Origin: Lama glama
Taxonomy: Eukaryota
Length of the DNA: 64,000 nucleotides
Direction: 5' to 3'
NCBI GenBank assembly: GCA_028534125.1
Contig: CM052845.1
Location: 8,370,001 to 8,434,000 of the forward strand
Part shown: positions 39,301-52,010 of the stretch, in pieces
How the letters are laid out: each line of letters opens with the position of its first letter
Position numbering within the stretch: the stretch's first letter is position 1
The notes under the pieces: generated by a model
Seen by the model: the letters and a program-made list of their open reading frames with translations, nothing else
What the model was told of the DNA's origin: nothing
The model's database searches: none
Program-made: the position numbers and the translations under genes

Positions 39301-40539
39301 AAAACAAACAAAAAAAACAATCTCAGGCTTAAAACCATTCCCCTCCAAACAGCCTCCCCACCTCTGCCCGGAAGTATCTGGGCTGCGCCACCGCAGCATT
39401 CCGCATCACTAAAGGAGAGGTGAAATTGGGATGGAGTAGAAAAATGGCAGTGGAGTTAAGACTCTTTTAAAGCACAGCAGGCGTTGTATGTCCATCTCTC
39501 TCTACATTTTAGCCAGGGAAACAGACACTTCAATGACTTGTGCCGAGTTCCTTAGGAAAAAGGGGATAATTTAAAAAAGGGGGGTACCGATGATTTGATC
39601 AAGAACTAACACAAGGATTTATATATATACACCACTGGTTCTAAGACTATCAGACAGTGGATGATGGTAGTTTAAAAAGTCTGCTCAAGGCCAAGTACTA
39701 TGACATCATACATGAGGGTAATCCAACGGCCTGCATTTTCCTGAGTACATTAGCAAGCTCGATTAACAGGCAGCCTGATGACCAAAAGCAATGCTGACTT
39801 AGATTTCTTTCATCCTGAAACGTCATCTGTTGTGCTCTGCAGTGAATAAACACAGCTCCTGAGTCCGTAAGGCCGACAAGTGGGTATCGACTGTGGCTGT
39901 GTGGGGCCTCCGGAAAAGGTTCACGGGCTCAGAGTGGCCGCTCCCGCAAGGCTACCCACACAGGTGCTCCACGGCTGGATTCGGCCAGCCAAAGCCCGCA
40001 CTATCCCGGGCTGCGTGCCTCTTTACTTTGTAGGCAAACGGAGGAAAGCACGTGGAACTGGAGGCTAGACTAAATCAAAGGACTGAGAGTGCTAAGTCTA
40101 TCTCCAAATCAGTTCCACCTGGGTTATTAACATTAACCCTTTGCAACCCAACAGTCTCACCTACCAAAAAAAAGTCAAAGTCATCTTGCCCGTTTTTACT
40201 CCGTGGGAGGCCGACATTTCACTCCTGCTTCTGTGGAATTATGTAGTTGGTTTCCATTCTAACTGGACAAAGGGAAAGGCTTCTTTATATGTGAAAAACT
40301 GCTGTATATCGCCCCCCCCCACCTGAGACAGACACACAGGCTCCAGTACTTACCATCCAAAATTTCTGGCTTAAAAGCAAGTGGTAATTGTACTTTCTGA
40401 TAATTAAGTGGGGATGGCGATCCAGAAGTGATCATCTTGAAGGCAGCAATTCATTAAAATTTAATCTAAAAACTGCTAGAAAAGGTTTATGATGATGTGG
40501 TATATTCTACAGACCTCTGAACCTGACAGTTGGTTTGTA

Positions 40540-41170
40540 TTCCAGTCATTTAACAAATAACTTACTTATTGGGTCGTTCCTGGCATTGTTCTAGGCATTG
40601 TGGTTACAGTCTTAAGACAGGAGTCACATTTAAGGCGTGCAAGACAAATAAGTACCAGAGGTAATGTGAGTGAGTAAAAAGTACTATCTGGAAAATAAGA
40701 GGGATGTGATTATGGTTGAGAATGTGGGACTACTTTAAACTTAGAGGTCAAAGGGCTCTCTGGGTAACATCTGATCTGAATAAACGACAAGGATGAGGCT
40801 GCCATGAACATCTGGGTGTGTGGTTTTCCAGGCAGCAGAATAGCATGCACAAAGGCCCTGAGGCAGGAACAGGTTTGGCAAGTTGGAGATACCTAAGTAA
40901 GGCCCAAGCAGCTGAACCATAATGAATGAAGCTGATTCCTGCTGGATGAGGTCAGAGAGCCCAGCTGGGCCCAGATCACATGAACCTCATGTACGGCTGA
41001 GAGATTTTAAGCTCCTACCACCAACTGCAAATAAAGCCTCAAATTACTTTGTCTCTCAGAGCCTCAGTTTCCTTATCCCTAAGCACGGGCGGAGAACATT
41101 TCATTTGGTTTAAGTGCGATGTTTAAAACAAAAGACATTACTCATTAAATGCTTAGTGAATTCATGGGCA
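40540..41170. mobile_element. L2 (minus) followed by MIR (plus)
   Basis: 'cattt...aacaaata...gttctaggc...gcacaaaggccctgaggcagga' and 'gagcctcagtttccttatc'. Confidence 0.75.
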
Positions 41171-41535
41171 AAAAAACCGTAAATACTTTTACAAGTTGGA
41201 TTATATCTGGACATGCACCAGATCTTCAATTTGCCCTCCAATTTTCTTACACATGTTAAGATGAAAAAGGAAATTCTTGCAACAAAAATGGCCTCAGTGC
41301 TAGTTCTGACAATCCCCCCACCCCCATTGTTGGAAAAATGCTTGGAGGTCCTGGAAAAGAAGGAACCAGGTTTTGAAGGATAGAGAGGGGAGAAGGCAGA
41401 ACAACAGTGATCTGGCCTAATGATGGCTGACTGGACTCCAGGACCTCTTCTGTTCCTTCTACAGCAGGGAGAAGCAATTACCAACGTTTTCAGTCCCGTC
41501 ACCCAGCACCCTAGGGCAGGCGGAGGACGGAAGTG

Positions 41536-41537
<2 letters not shown>

Positions 41538-41568
<31 letters not shown>
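41538..41568. repeat. (TG)n microsatellite
   Basis: About 15 TG units seen directly. Confidence 0.97.
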
Positions 41569-41573
<5 letters not shown>

Positions 41574-43169
41574 CCCCACCCCAAAACACATCCTGCAGGC
41601 TTAGAGGGATACTGTATTTAAAAACAGATGCCTCTTTGGAAGCTCACACATTTTAAGTCCTGTAAATCACACATGCTGGGGAAAGTAATTACACTTTCGT
41701 CGCACTTCCCCTCCGAGCACAAAGGAAACTCTGGTACTTCTGTAATAAGATAGCACTTTCTGTGCAGTCCCTTCTCTCATGAGGCCTCAACAACCCATCC
41801 TCTAGGTGGGCATAAGAGAAATTTTCACAAAACAGGATCCTGGGGATTTGAGGGGGGAAATTTTTTTTTTAAATCTCTAGGATTTCTTAGAGTAACATTG
41901 GCCACCTGTTAGCACATCTACCTGGTGACAGAAAAATTTAGGAAGAGCGGAGTAAGGAACGTCATTTTTAAAAAGTCAACTTATGAGAAATAAAAATTAA
42001 AGTAGAAACTGGTCCATCCCTAACTTCTTTTCATGCGTTGGTGACATGTACCTCAATCTTGAGAATCCCAGATTTCTGCAAAATCCTTGGAGCTGACTGG
42101 ATTGAGCTAGGCTGCTCTGGCACTCCCTCCACACTTTGAATTTGTGTAACAATACTGTATTACAGCCTGGAATTTGGAACCATCTTCATGGTGTGATTGG
42201 CATTTATTACTACCATTTCGTTTTTTTCTCCAGTAGTCTACATAATGTGCATCATAATGGTTGCAGCAGGGTTAAAACCTAGAAGAAATACAAATGCAAT
42301 TGCTGTTTTCTTAAATTCCTGAGCCACTTTTCCTTTTTCATGAGCTGACATTTAGCTGTGAGCAGAAAAAGCAAACTTTTAGGAAAGCACGTAAAGAATA
42401 AACTGAAAATGTGACCCACAGAAAACACTTTGGGTCTAGCCAAAGGCTCATGCTTATCCCCACGCCACCCCCCATTAAAGTTAAAAAAAAAAAGAGCAAC
42501 TTGGTAAATTTTTTTCTTAGAAAAACACTCAAGTGCCTCCAGGCCTTCCACCTTTACCTTCCAAAACCATCTACAAATTTTATGGTAGAGCATGATCTTC
42601 CCTTCTAGGTACAGGGTTGGGAAAAGAAAAATTGAAGCATAAGTCTGGAAATTAACCGCAAATTTTAGAGGAAAACAATTTCCAAAGACTGTTGATGAGA
42701 GTAAAAAAAAAAAAGTATTTGAAATATACTATATATACCTCAATTTTTTTTAAGCTCCCCCGAATCAGGCTTTCAAATGGTAAAGTATACTAGACACTAT
42801 TATAACTAGGCAGACTATATGCAAAATATTTTTATGATCCTAAATTAAAAAGTGCTTTTAAAAAAAACTGCTTCAATTTTTCCTGAGAATTTCCAGTTCT
42901 CCTTTTTTTTAAAAGACATAGCTTCAAATTTTAGGTAAACTGTCTCTTTTGTTGCCTACCCTCACAAGGTTTCCTAGAAACTGGGGTCCCACACCCTCTC
43001 CAGTTTTCTGGGCACTCAATGCGTATTAACCACCTTTTCATTACCAGCTATATATTCTGCAATTGTTCTGAAAATTTCTTTGCAAGATCAGACTTCTCCT
43101 CTGCATCTCAAACCCAATCTCTTCACTTCCCAGTTGCCTTCTTTTCTTTCCCTATCAATGTATTTTCTA

Positions 43170-44035
43170 CTTTTATAAATACAACCACCATTCAGCTAAT
43201 CACCCAACGGAGAAACCCAAGAGACTCCACGGATGAAAACTCCTAGTCTTCTCCCCTGTCATCTGAAGGTTACTGCAGTCCCTAAACACCTCCCCCGCCC
43301 CTGGTTCAGTCCCACCGCCAGCCACTGCCTTATTTTGAGACAGGACTCCAGCAGCATTAGCCTCGAAACCCACTGTATCCCCTTCCACACTGGAAGGTCC
43401 CAGAATGCCACATTCCAGCTGCACAAAAGCCCAGCTCCCATCACAGAAGCGTCCTGTTCCCTGGCGTGGAAGGCCAGCTCCTTCATCCTGTCCCAGGCCA
43501 ATGCCTCCCCCTCCCCCATTCATCCTTACTTCCCTTCCTCTCCTGCTCCTTTTCCCTTTTAAGCCTTGGTATCTTCATAGGGGGCCAATCCCTCTGACTG
43601 GACCATCTTGCCCCCACTGTCTCAACCCTTTGCTCTTCTGTTAAAATCTCAAATGTCACTTTTTTTTTTAAAGCTTTCTTTGCTATAGCTCCATCAGCCT
43701 CTCGTCCTTGTAGTGTGGTTGACAGTGCTCTCATCTCAAACTACCACTTCACCTAATTGAACACAGTGCTTTATCATACCTGTTTACCCAGGGCCATCAG
43801 CACTAAACCCGGAGCAATTTAAGACGAAGAGCTGTCACAGCTCTCCCCAGAATCTGTACGTCAAGGCTCCAGTCACTCAACCCCTCAGTGCCTCAGTCAC
43901 CTCCCCCTAAAATGAGGTTCGTCATCACAGTCATACCTCCATCAGCTTGTTGTGAGGATGAAATAAGATGATACACATCCAGTGCTCGGCATGTAGTAAA
44001 TTCTCAAAAGTTAGCAGTCACCTGCTGAGTGAATG
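43170..44035 (+). mobile_element. L2 body followed by MIR
   Basis: Pyrimidine-rich L2 pattern ('tctcaaatgtcact') and MIR 'gcctcagt...taaaatgagg...gttgtgaggatgaaataagat'. Confidence 0.65.
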
Positions 44036-45010
44036 GTTAAAAAGATTTCTGAAAATTTCCCAGGATCAAATATTTCAGTATTTTCTTCTCTCTGTGCTCA
44101 GCAAAGACGACAAACTAGGCAACTTTGTTCCAGTAAGCTCCGTGGTCAAGCGCTCACCCTTCCCCTTCACACGCACAATACACTGAAGTGGTCTGAAATG
44201 TTCTCCCAGTGCACTTCAAGATAGGGGTGTGAGTTCCAGGAATCATTACCAAGTCATCCCTGCAGGACAGACAGGCTCACCCCCATCAGGGGAGGACATC
44301 CTCTTATCAGCACAGCATCAATTTAAATACCTGGTTCCTGCTGGCCTGAAGCCCAAAGAGCCATGCGGCCACTTTTGCCCCAGCTACTATTAAGGTTCAT
44401 TCTCTTCATTCCTTCCTAAATTTTTTCTTTGACCAAAGCAAGCACTGTTCAAGAGGAACACTGGCATTCCCCTTCCCCTACCCCCAAGCAGACACGAAGG
44501 TGCCAAATGAAACTGAACACAAACATTCCAAAGTAGCCATCACACTGAGCAGGCTTGTTTGGGAATGCAGGGAGCTCGATGCTCTTGCTCTTCCACCTAA
44601 CCAGGGCTTCCGGAAGCCCTTGCCCAAAAGGTTAAGCTGAATCCTGCAGCAGAAACCAACTTCTAGTGGTGAAACCAACCGCGCCTCGGAACAAGAGGGC
44701 CCACGTTGGCAGTGGCTGGTGGATGGACCAGGCACACTGGCCCGTGAGGGCAAACAGAGGCTGTGGATGCCAGGGTGGGGTCCATCCATAAGCGGCTCTA
44801 AATCCCATTCAGTAAGGGGCTGCTTTTAGGCAGCTTAGGTATTCAAGGTCATCACCACCAACCCTACCAGTAAGGGTCTTTCGTATATTTATAAATTATT
44901 TATAAAGAATTATGTGTGTACATGTTTGTGTGTGTAGTACTTACCTGGTGCTGGGGTACTAACTTTGGGAAGATACTGGGGACACTGTGATAAGATGGCA
45001 GAGAGCTTTA

Positions 45011-45038
45011 AACACAAACACACACACACACACACACA
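45011..45038. repeat. (CA)n microsatellite
   Basis: Seen directly. Confidence 0.93.
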
Positions 45039-45619
45039 AAAGAAAGTAATGATCCAGTATAGTACCTTCTCCTGAAATTCTGCAGAAAGTCATCTCTTTG
45101 GAAATAGGACATTCAGATGGGACTGAACTTGGGATGGTACTTGCAAAATGTAGCCTGAAACTTGACGCCTGCCTTGAAAGCAGCTCAAACTAGATCAAGA
45201 GGGAAAAGGCAGCTGACGCAAACGGTGTGCAGAGTATGTACGGAGGTACACTGGAGCAATCTTGAGTGTCAAATTTGGACTTTGAGTGCTGAACGAGTTG
45301 GGGCATCAGAGGTTGCCAACAGTTTGTGTTAGGATGATTGAGACAGCATTTTAGAACAAGGAGAGCAGTGGAAGATCACTAGGAAGAGACAGGATAAAGG
45401 AATGAGTAAGATAAACATTGTGAGAAAAGGCCAAGAGGAACAGAAGAGGCCTGATTCCCACCGCAAGGCTCGGGAGCAAAACCAACCAAAATGCAACCAG
45501 CCCAATGGTTTTGTGACACCTACAGATATTACAAGGAAACTTAATGAAATCTTCAAAGTGAAAAGGCATCTGATTGGTTTTGTTCCTACGTCCATTCGAG
45601 GAAATTTAGAAAACAAAGG

Positions 45620-46210
45620 AAAGCATCAGAAAGTAAGTAAAAAATGATCTGTAATCCACTAGTTTTTATTTCTGTTTGGTTATTGTAAAGAACTGGCATC
45701 ACATAATATAAAACTTTTAATTCTGCTCTTTTCACTTAATGTCGTGAGAATTAGCCCCTCAATTAAAATGCAGAAGCTGGAAGAGAAAGTCAGATTCTCC
45801 CCTAAGCATTTAAAGGGAGCGAGATTTCTAGCCTTCAAATCTGAGAAATAAATTCGTTGTTTTAAGCCACCAAAGAAATTTACACACATACTCTTTAAAA
45901 ATGCGGCTTTTAATGGATACATAATATTCTTTTTGAGGAATTTCACCGATTTACTTAGCACTTTCCCTCTTAGACATAGTCTTTGAATTTTCACTATCGT
46001 AAATAACTCTAATAATCGTCCCTATGAATAAATCTTTGTGCATGTTTATTTCCTTAGGATAAATTTCTAAATTCTAAGCATGGAGTCAAAGGGCTTGAAA
46101 TTTTGATATATGGTGCCAAAGTCCTTCAGAAAGCTGCAGTAATTCATAACCCCATTGCTGCACACAAGAATTTCCACTTTATTGCCTCATCACCAGTGTC
46201 AAACACTTCT
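45620..46210 (-). mobile_element. Ancient L1ME-type fragments
   Basis: 'gaataaatctttgtgcat...ttccttaggataaatttcta...gtcaaagggc...tgccaaa'. Confidence 0.6.
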
Positions 46211-49200
46211 ATCCTCAAAGCAAAAATTAAGATGAACCTTCAAAAATTATACGAAAGCATCTCCAGTAAGAACTTCTACCCTATCCGATCTTCCTCTCCA
46301 ACAAATGCCTTAGAGACAGACGACTACCCGTGAGCATAAGGGTTTATCAGGGAAATCTTAAAACCCCTACTGGAAAAACAACTCATAAGTGCATGTCGTA
46401 TTGGCAGTGGTCTTGCTACCATCATTCTACTATGAAGTCACCACATTTTCACCCAAAATGCTGTCACCAAACCCTATTTATGACTGAAGTATAAGTTTAC
46501 TGTATTTGATTTGATTTGGAGTAACAAGACTCCAAACTTGGTTAAACTGTACAAAACCATTCTGTATTTTTCCCAAGTCATAATGTAAATTAATATTAAT
46601 GTTCAATGAAAACCTGAGGTTGCCACATCGAGCTAACATGGTACCCTCTCTGTGCCAATCCCTCTTAACAGTTTTCTTCATGAATCTGATATTTGCGCAA
46701 AATTAGTAAGTATTTTAAAAGAGGGAATGCGAAGTAAAGATTTGTGTTATCTTTTGAAGACCTGACTTTGTGATTTCTGCCCCACAGCTGCCAGACATCT
46801 TTTTTGATCAATTTTCCAACAAGGTCAAGCTTTTTGTTTTAGTTTTAAATACAAAGAATGTTCAGTCAAAGCAATTTAAGGAGAAATTATTCTAACACCA
46901 GTGCTTCAGTATAATAAAACACCTTTTAGAAATGATTTGTAAATCAGCCTGAAAAATACTCAATGACATGGATAAAAGTAAAAATAAACCCAAATTACCT
47001 ATTTATCTGCTTTCCAAAAAAAGAAAGCTTCCGTTTTGAAAATTCAGTGACCAAAAATAATTTCTATTTACAAGAATAGACTGTCCCAATATACAAAACT
47101 TAAATAAGACATATAATTATGTCTAGTACTCATGTATTAATTTTAATAGTCAAGTATGAAATGCCAAAGGTGTTTTAAGAGAATATTGTCTAGTCCAAAA
47201 TTAGAGGCAAATTTTAGGATTATTTTATTAATTGTCAAGTTATGTAAGAAATGATCTAATGCCCTACATATACATATACAGAAGGCTTGTAAATCTTAGA
47301 TCCCGGTGAGACTTTGACAACTGGTTTTTCTTTACAGGGACAACTTGCATAGGAACAGACGTGTATAGCACACTAGAAGCCAGAAAGCCAGATGTATTCT
47401 CTCTCCTACACAGCTGGCTAGCCAAATCTTATTTTTCCTCAAAGCTTTAAATACTACCCAAAGCAAAAGTCTTCATCCTGCCCACGTTCTCAAAAACTTT
47501 CAATGATTAAAAGCTGCAAAAATTCTCCTAAATCCTGGACTGTTCATCCTATTCAATTAGAACCAAGTAAGTGTTTTAAAGTAAGCTTCAGAAGCGCTCA
47601 AACAGGGCTGAAACGTACTGGAAGATAAAAGGAAATCACTTAAAAAATAGGAAAAAAACCCCCACAACCCTGGACTTTACAAAGTGGTATAGAAAGCCTA
47701 AATTACCTTGATGACTGTGAAATAAACTGTCTTCTCTTAATGATGACCCGACTCACTCTCCTTCCTCAGCTCAATGGCTACCAGAAACGAGAAAACACAT
47801 ATTTCCTCTTTTGTCATTATATGTATATACGTCTTACATGTGTGTGTTCTGTTTACTGGAATCCTCAGGCCTGGCTTTTAAATGTGTTTGAGAGCAAATT
47901 GCTGATCGCTGGGTGGGCAGGGAAAGGGTCCAGGGCGGTGGTTTTGTATAATGCTGAGCACATTAATGGGACTCACCCAATACCATATTTATTTTACTTG
48001 TGGCTTTCAGGGTTAGGAAAAAGAGGTTAGGAGTTTTTCAAAACAAAACATAAACCCAAAACAGGGAACTAGGGCAAAATTACCTAGATCATTTAGGCCA
48101 ACTGACTTTCTTTTCCTGAATTTTCAACATTAGAAAACCTCTCTCTTCAAAGTGTATCTGTTTTGTAGGCTCCACCTCTTGTGCAACTTGGTTTCTGAAA
48201 TGTTTTGGACTGTCCCTTTATTTTTAAAATAAAGTGTCTTGCTAAAAACGGATACTTCCTAGAGCCACGAATCATTCCCACCTGAGAAGAAACACTGAAA
48301 GGGCAACAGGACGGGTAAGAGGCAGCAACTGTGCTGGGATCACCTGTGTGTGATTCCACTTGGACACCGCCTCGCACAGTGAAAGACACTCCGGAACAGG
48401 GCAGACAAGTCAGTACTGGAGGCAGTGAGGCCGAAATGGGTCAAGCAGAAATCTGATTTTTCCCTACTTAATTTGTCAAGTTGGTTATGGTTTGGGGACA
48501 CTCAAACCAAAACAAATCTTTGGTTTACCTGATTAACTTTCCATTTCCAAGTTCTCAATCAAGTGAACAGAGAAAGATGGTTTCACAGAATATATTCTTA
48601 CCCTTAGAGGTCAACAGATTGCCAATCTAATAGTGAACTAGGAAGGTTTTTAAAGCAATTATTATCTCAGTGTGTTAGATGAATTAGTTAATTATAGCAA
48701 CTCCTTAAAAAAGTACAATTATTTTTAAATTTTTATTTCAGGGGTAGGGAAAATAAGTAGAAAAGCAACCAGTTATGGTTCAAGAAAAAAACAGAACTTG
48801 CAATTCAAGTCTCCATCTCTTTGAAAAAGAAGGAATGTCAGTAGTATTCGATCACTTGTAGTTAAAAAAAAAACTGGCCATGTAAACAATGCTTTTCAAA
48901 ATAATAGTTTATGATAATAAAAGCGATTTCCTCAGGTAAGAAAGCAACTTCTGGCTTATGGCAATTCACCTAGGTTGTACTGTGTTTAGAGTAAAACCTT
49001 GTATTTATTTTGTATTGTTTTGCATGGTCTTACGGCTCTCCTCCGTCTTCTCCATTTGAATAGTTCCCATTTTACAAGTGTTGAAGGCTTATACGTGTTA
49101 ATTAAATCTTCTGCAATGTTTGGTTTCACTATCAGAATTTTAGTGAACACAGTTATCTTCATAATAATCTCAACATTCTAACTTTAGAATCAGTCTACCT

Positions 49201-49489
49201 TTCTGTTAACCTTATATAGGAGGATGCAACACCTGTAGGAATGCTTTATAGGTCATATCCAGATGCATACTTTCTTGCATCTACATACATTCTAAAGTTC
49301 CTTTTAGAATGTTTAAGAAGACAGTTTTCCGGGCTTTTTAACAAGTAGGCGAAAAATATTTTTTATTGGGCTCCTGAGAAATGGCTCTGTTCCTGCAGGT
49401 ACATTAACAGGCTATCACAAATAACCTAACTACAAAATTCTGAAACGTTTGTTCAGGAGTTCCCTCCTACATTTATCGAATTTTGTTTC

Positions 49490-51600
49490 TACCAAAGGAA
49501 CGCTCCGCAGCCGCAACGTTTTTATCGTTGTTATGGACGCACCACATAAAATTTACGTTCAGACGTCAAAGTCCTATTAAAATAGCCTCGATGATCACTT
49601 GGTGATTGCAAAGTCTGAAACTCTTGTATTCCGCTCCCCACAACCACAACGCCCCTCAATCTACAAAACCTAGTTACCCAGGTTCGGGGTCTTTGACTCA
49701 TCAGAGAAGAATGCGGCTGATGAGTTATCTATTAATCCAAAATGCCTCAGCTGGGAAGATTTCACCAAGAACTTTTCACGCTGAAAGGGAGGGGGCAGGG
49801 AACCAAAGGTGTCTTTTAACGAGAACTTTCCCCGAGTTTCTTCCTTAAACTACACAAACACACCCCACAACTTCCAGCTCTAGATGCAGAACTAAGCGCT
49901 GACCCTCCCGGTCCCACTAATCTGAGGTCACCCGGGAGTCACCTCTCGATTCCGCTTTTAAAATCAGGGGCAAACAAAGCTAAGCATTATACTTACAAAT
50001 ACTTTCTCAGGAAAGTCTTCAAAGTTACGCAATTTTAGGCACGCAGACGCGCATGAACCCACAAAAACACACTCTTCTAAGATCCACCGTCCGGGGGCCA
50101 CAGTTTGGGGCTGCGCCTCGGGGCCAGGGCGATCCCCAAACCCTCCACCGCGACGCCCCGGCTCCGGCGCAGCCCGGCTCCCCGGGACCCGCGCCCCACT
50201 GGCCCGGCCGCGCGCACTTCGGAGAAAGCCCGCGGTTGCCGTCCCACGTCGTACCCGCCACCGCACCCAACCCCTCCGTACCTCTTCCTCCTGAAGGTTG
50301 GCCTCGTTCGGGGTGTTCTCTTTCTCGGCTTTGCCGCCGTTGTTCATCTTCCCGGTCCTCCCTCGCCGGGCAGGGCTGGGACGCGGGGCTGGGCGAGGAC
50401 GCGCTCGCCCACTTTTCCCTTCCCCGGGCGCGGGGGGCTGCGGGGGCTGGAGCCGGGGCAGCGGCGGCGCGGCTCGGCTCGGGCTCCTGCGGCGCTGCGA
50501 GACTACGGCGGCGGGCGACTCAGGAAGTGCGAGCGAGAGACGGGGCAGGGCGAGGCGCCGGCGGACAGAGAAGGGGACGGAGACAATCGGGACCCGGGAG
50601 GGAAACCTGAAGAGGGAGGGCAAGCGGGCGGACGCAAGGGAAGGAAGGAAGGAAGAAAGGATGGGGCGAGGAGCGCGTCCCAGGAGTGAACCCAGAGAGC
50701 TGGGGATGTGGACGAGGAGGGGCTGGGGGCGGCTGCTGCCCGAGCGTAGTAGCTTCTGGAGGGAGGGGGCGAGGGGTACCCGGAGAGGAGCAGGAGGAGG
50801 TGCGGGGCAGCGGGGTGCGGCTGGGACCCAGAGAGCCGCGGAGTGCGCGCTCCTGGCTGGCTGACTCTGGGAAGTACGGGCTCCAAGCAGCTCCCCTTCT
50901 CTCGCCTGCCTCCCTCCCTCCCCTCTCTCCACCCTCCCTTCCTCCCCACCTCCTCTTCCCTCCGCCCTCCCTGGACGTGGGCTGCAGGCTGGAGCCCGGA
51001 GGGACGGGACGCGGGACGGCAAAGCCCCCCGCGGGAGGAGGGGCTGCGCGGAGGGCGGCTGCCCTGCGGCCGGATGGCGCGCGCCGGGGAGGGGCCGCGG
51101 GCGGAAGCGGCGGACCCCAGCCCCCGACACAGCGGTAGGTTGGAGGGCGAGGTCCGAGGAGGGAGAACGAAGAGGGTCGGGTCCTCTCGCTCGCTCGGCC
51201 CCTGGGGGCCCCGGCGGCTAAGTAGGGCGGTGAGCGAGGCTTGGAAAGGGGCTTCGGGAAGCCAGGCCCTGCCCGCGCGAGGACCGGGAAGTGGGATGTG
51301 CTACTTTTGTTTGCTTGCTTTTCACAAGGGATTCGCACCCCTATCCCTTAACCTACACCTCCTTTGCAGTACCAGCTTCGACCTATTCCTTCTTAGTCGG
51401 CAGCTTGAAATGACAAGACCAGAGAACTCGAGTGATATCCGGGGGCAGCCCGCTCCGAGCCGCCGTTTTCAGGGCGCAACTTCAAACCCACCTCCGACGC
51501 CGTTTCCTCCGAAACCTCTCCAGCCTCCCCGCTCTGGCCGGCCCTTGCTCTCCGCGAGGCTTCCCGCGGCTCCTCCTCCGATTCCTCTCCAGCCCTTATC
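49490..51600 (-). promoter_or_regulatory. RBPMS: CpG island: RBPMS promoter, long GC-rich 5'UTR and start of intron 1
   Basis: Very high GC and CpG density with GC-box-like and G-run tracts around the ATG exon. The TSS is inferred at roughly 50.9-51.1 kb. Confidence 0.9.
50282..50347 (-). CDS. RBPMS: RNA-binding protein with multiple splicing, coding part of exon 1 (22 aa)
   Basis: Translates as MNNGGKAEKENTPNEANLQEEE, matching the RBPMS N-terminus (human MNNGGKAEKENTPSEANLQEEE). The ATG sits in GGGAAGATGA context and is followed by a phase-0 donor GAG|GTACGG at 50281, just before the RRM (VRTLFVSG...). Confidence 0.96.
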
Positions 51601-51649
51601 AGACTGTCCTGGAATTAGTTGTTTACCTGGCTGCCTCTGATTCTTCTGG

Positions 51650-52010
51650 GAGATCTTTCTTGGAAGACAGGACCAAGCCCTGTTTATCTTTTGAATCCCA
51701 CGTTAATTTGAATATGCTACCCGGTGTATAGTAGGCACTCAATAAATATTTGTTGGCTGAGGGACTATTCTTCACTGCCAGCCCAACTGGAAGCCAATAC
51801 AGATGACATTCCGAGGATCAAAGCAGCTTAAAGAAGGGAGATAGCATTCTGGGAGGTCAGCGCACGAAGCTTGCTTATGCGCCAACGTCTGAAGGAAGAA
51901 CTGCCTGGTTTCTGTTTCCTCGTCTGTGAAATGGAAGTAGTTCTGTTTATCTCCCAGGAGTTTGCTGTTAGAGATGAGTTGATAGATAAAACTGTTAGCA
52001 CCTGGCACCC
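51650..52010 (+). mobile_element. L2 3' end and MIR
   Basis: 'tagtaggcactcaataaatatttgttg' and 'tctgtttcctcgtctgtgaaatgg...ttagcacctggcac'. Confidence 0.8.

Larger units (their letters stand above)
1..50281 (-). other. RBPMS: RBPMS intron 1 (partial; exon 2 outside window)
   Basis: Donor at 50281. No sequence encoding [26 protein letters not shown] was found on the minus strand, and RBPMS intron 1 is known to be very long. Continuity through the first ~16 kb is assumed, not proven. Confidence 0.65.

Noticed and set aside
45329-45647. Overlapping 72-95 aa ORFs on both strands
   Set aside because: No recognisable domain or coherent exon structure. The lengths are expected by chance.
49964-51731. 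Many long overlapping ORFs (148-388 aa) on both strands
   Set aside because: Pro/Arg/Gly/Ala-rich products of stop-poor CpG-island DNA. Only the 22-codon RBPMS exon is supported.
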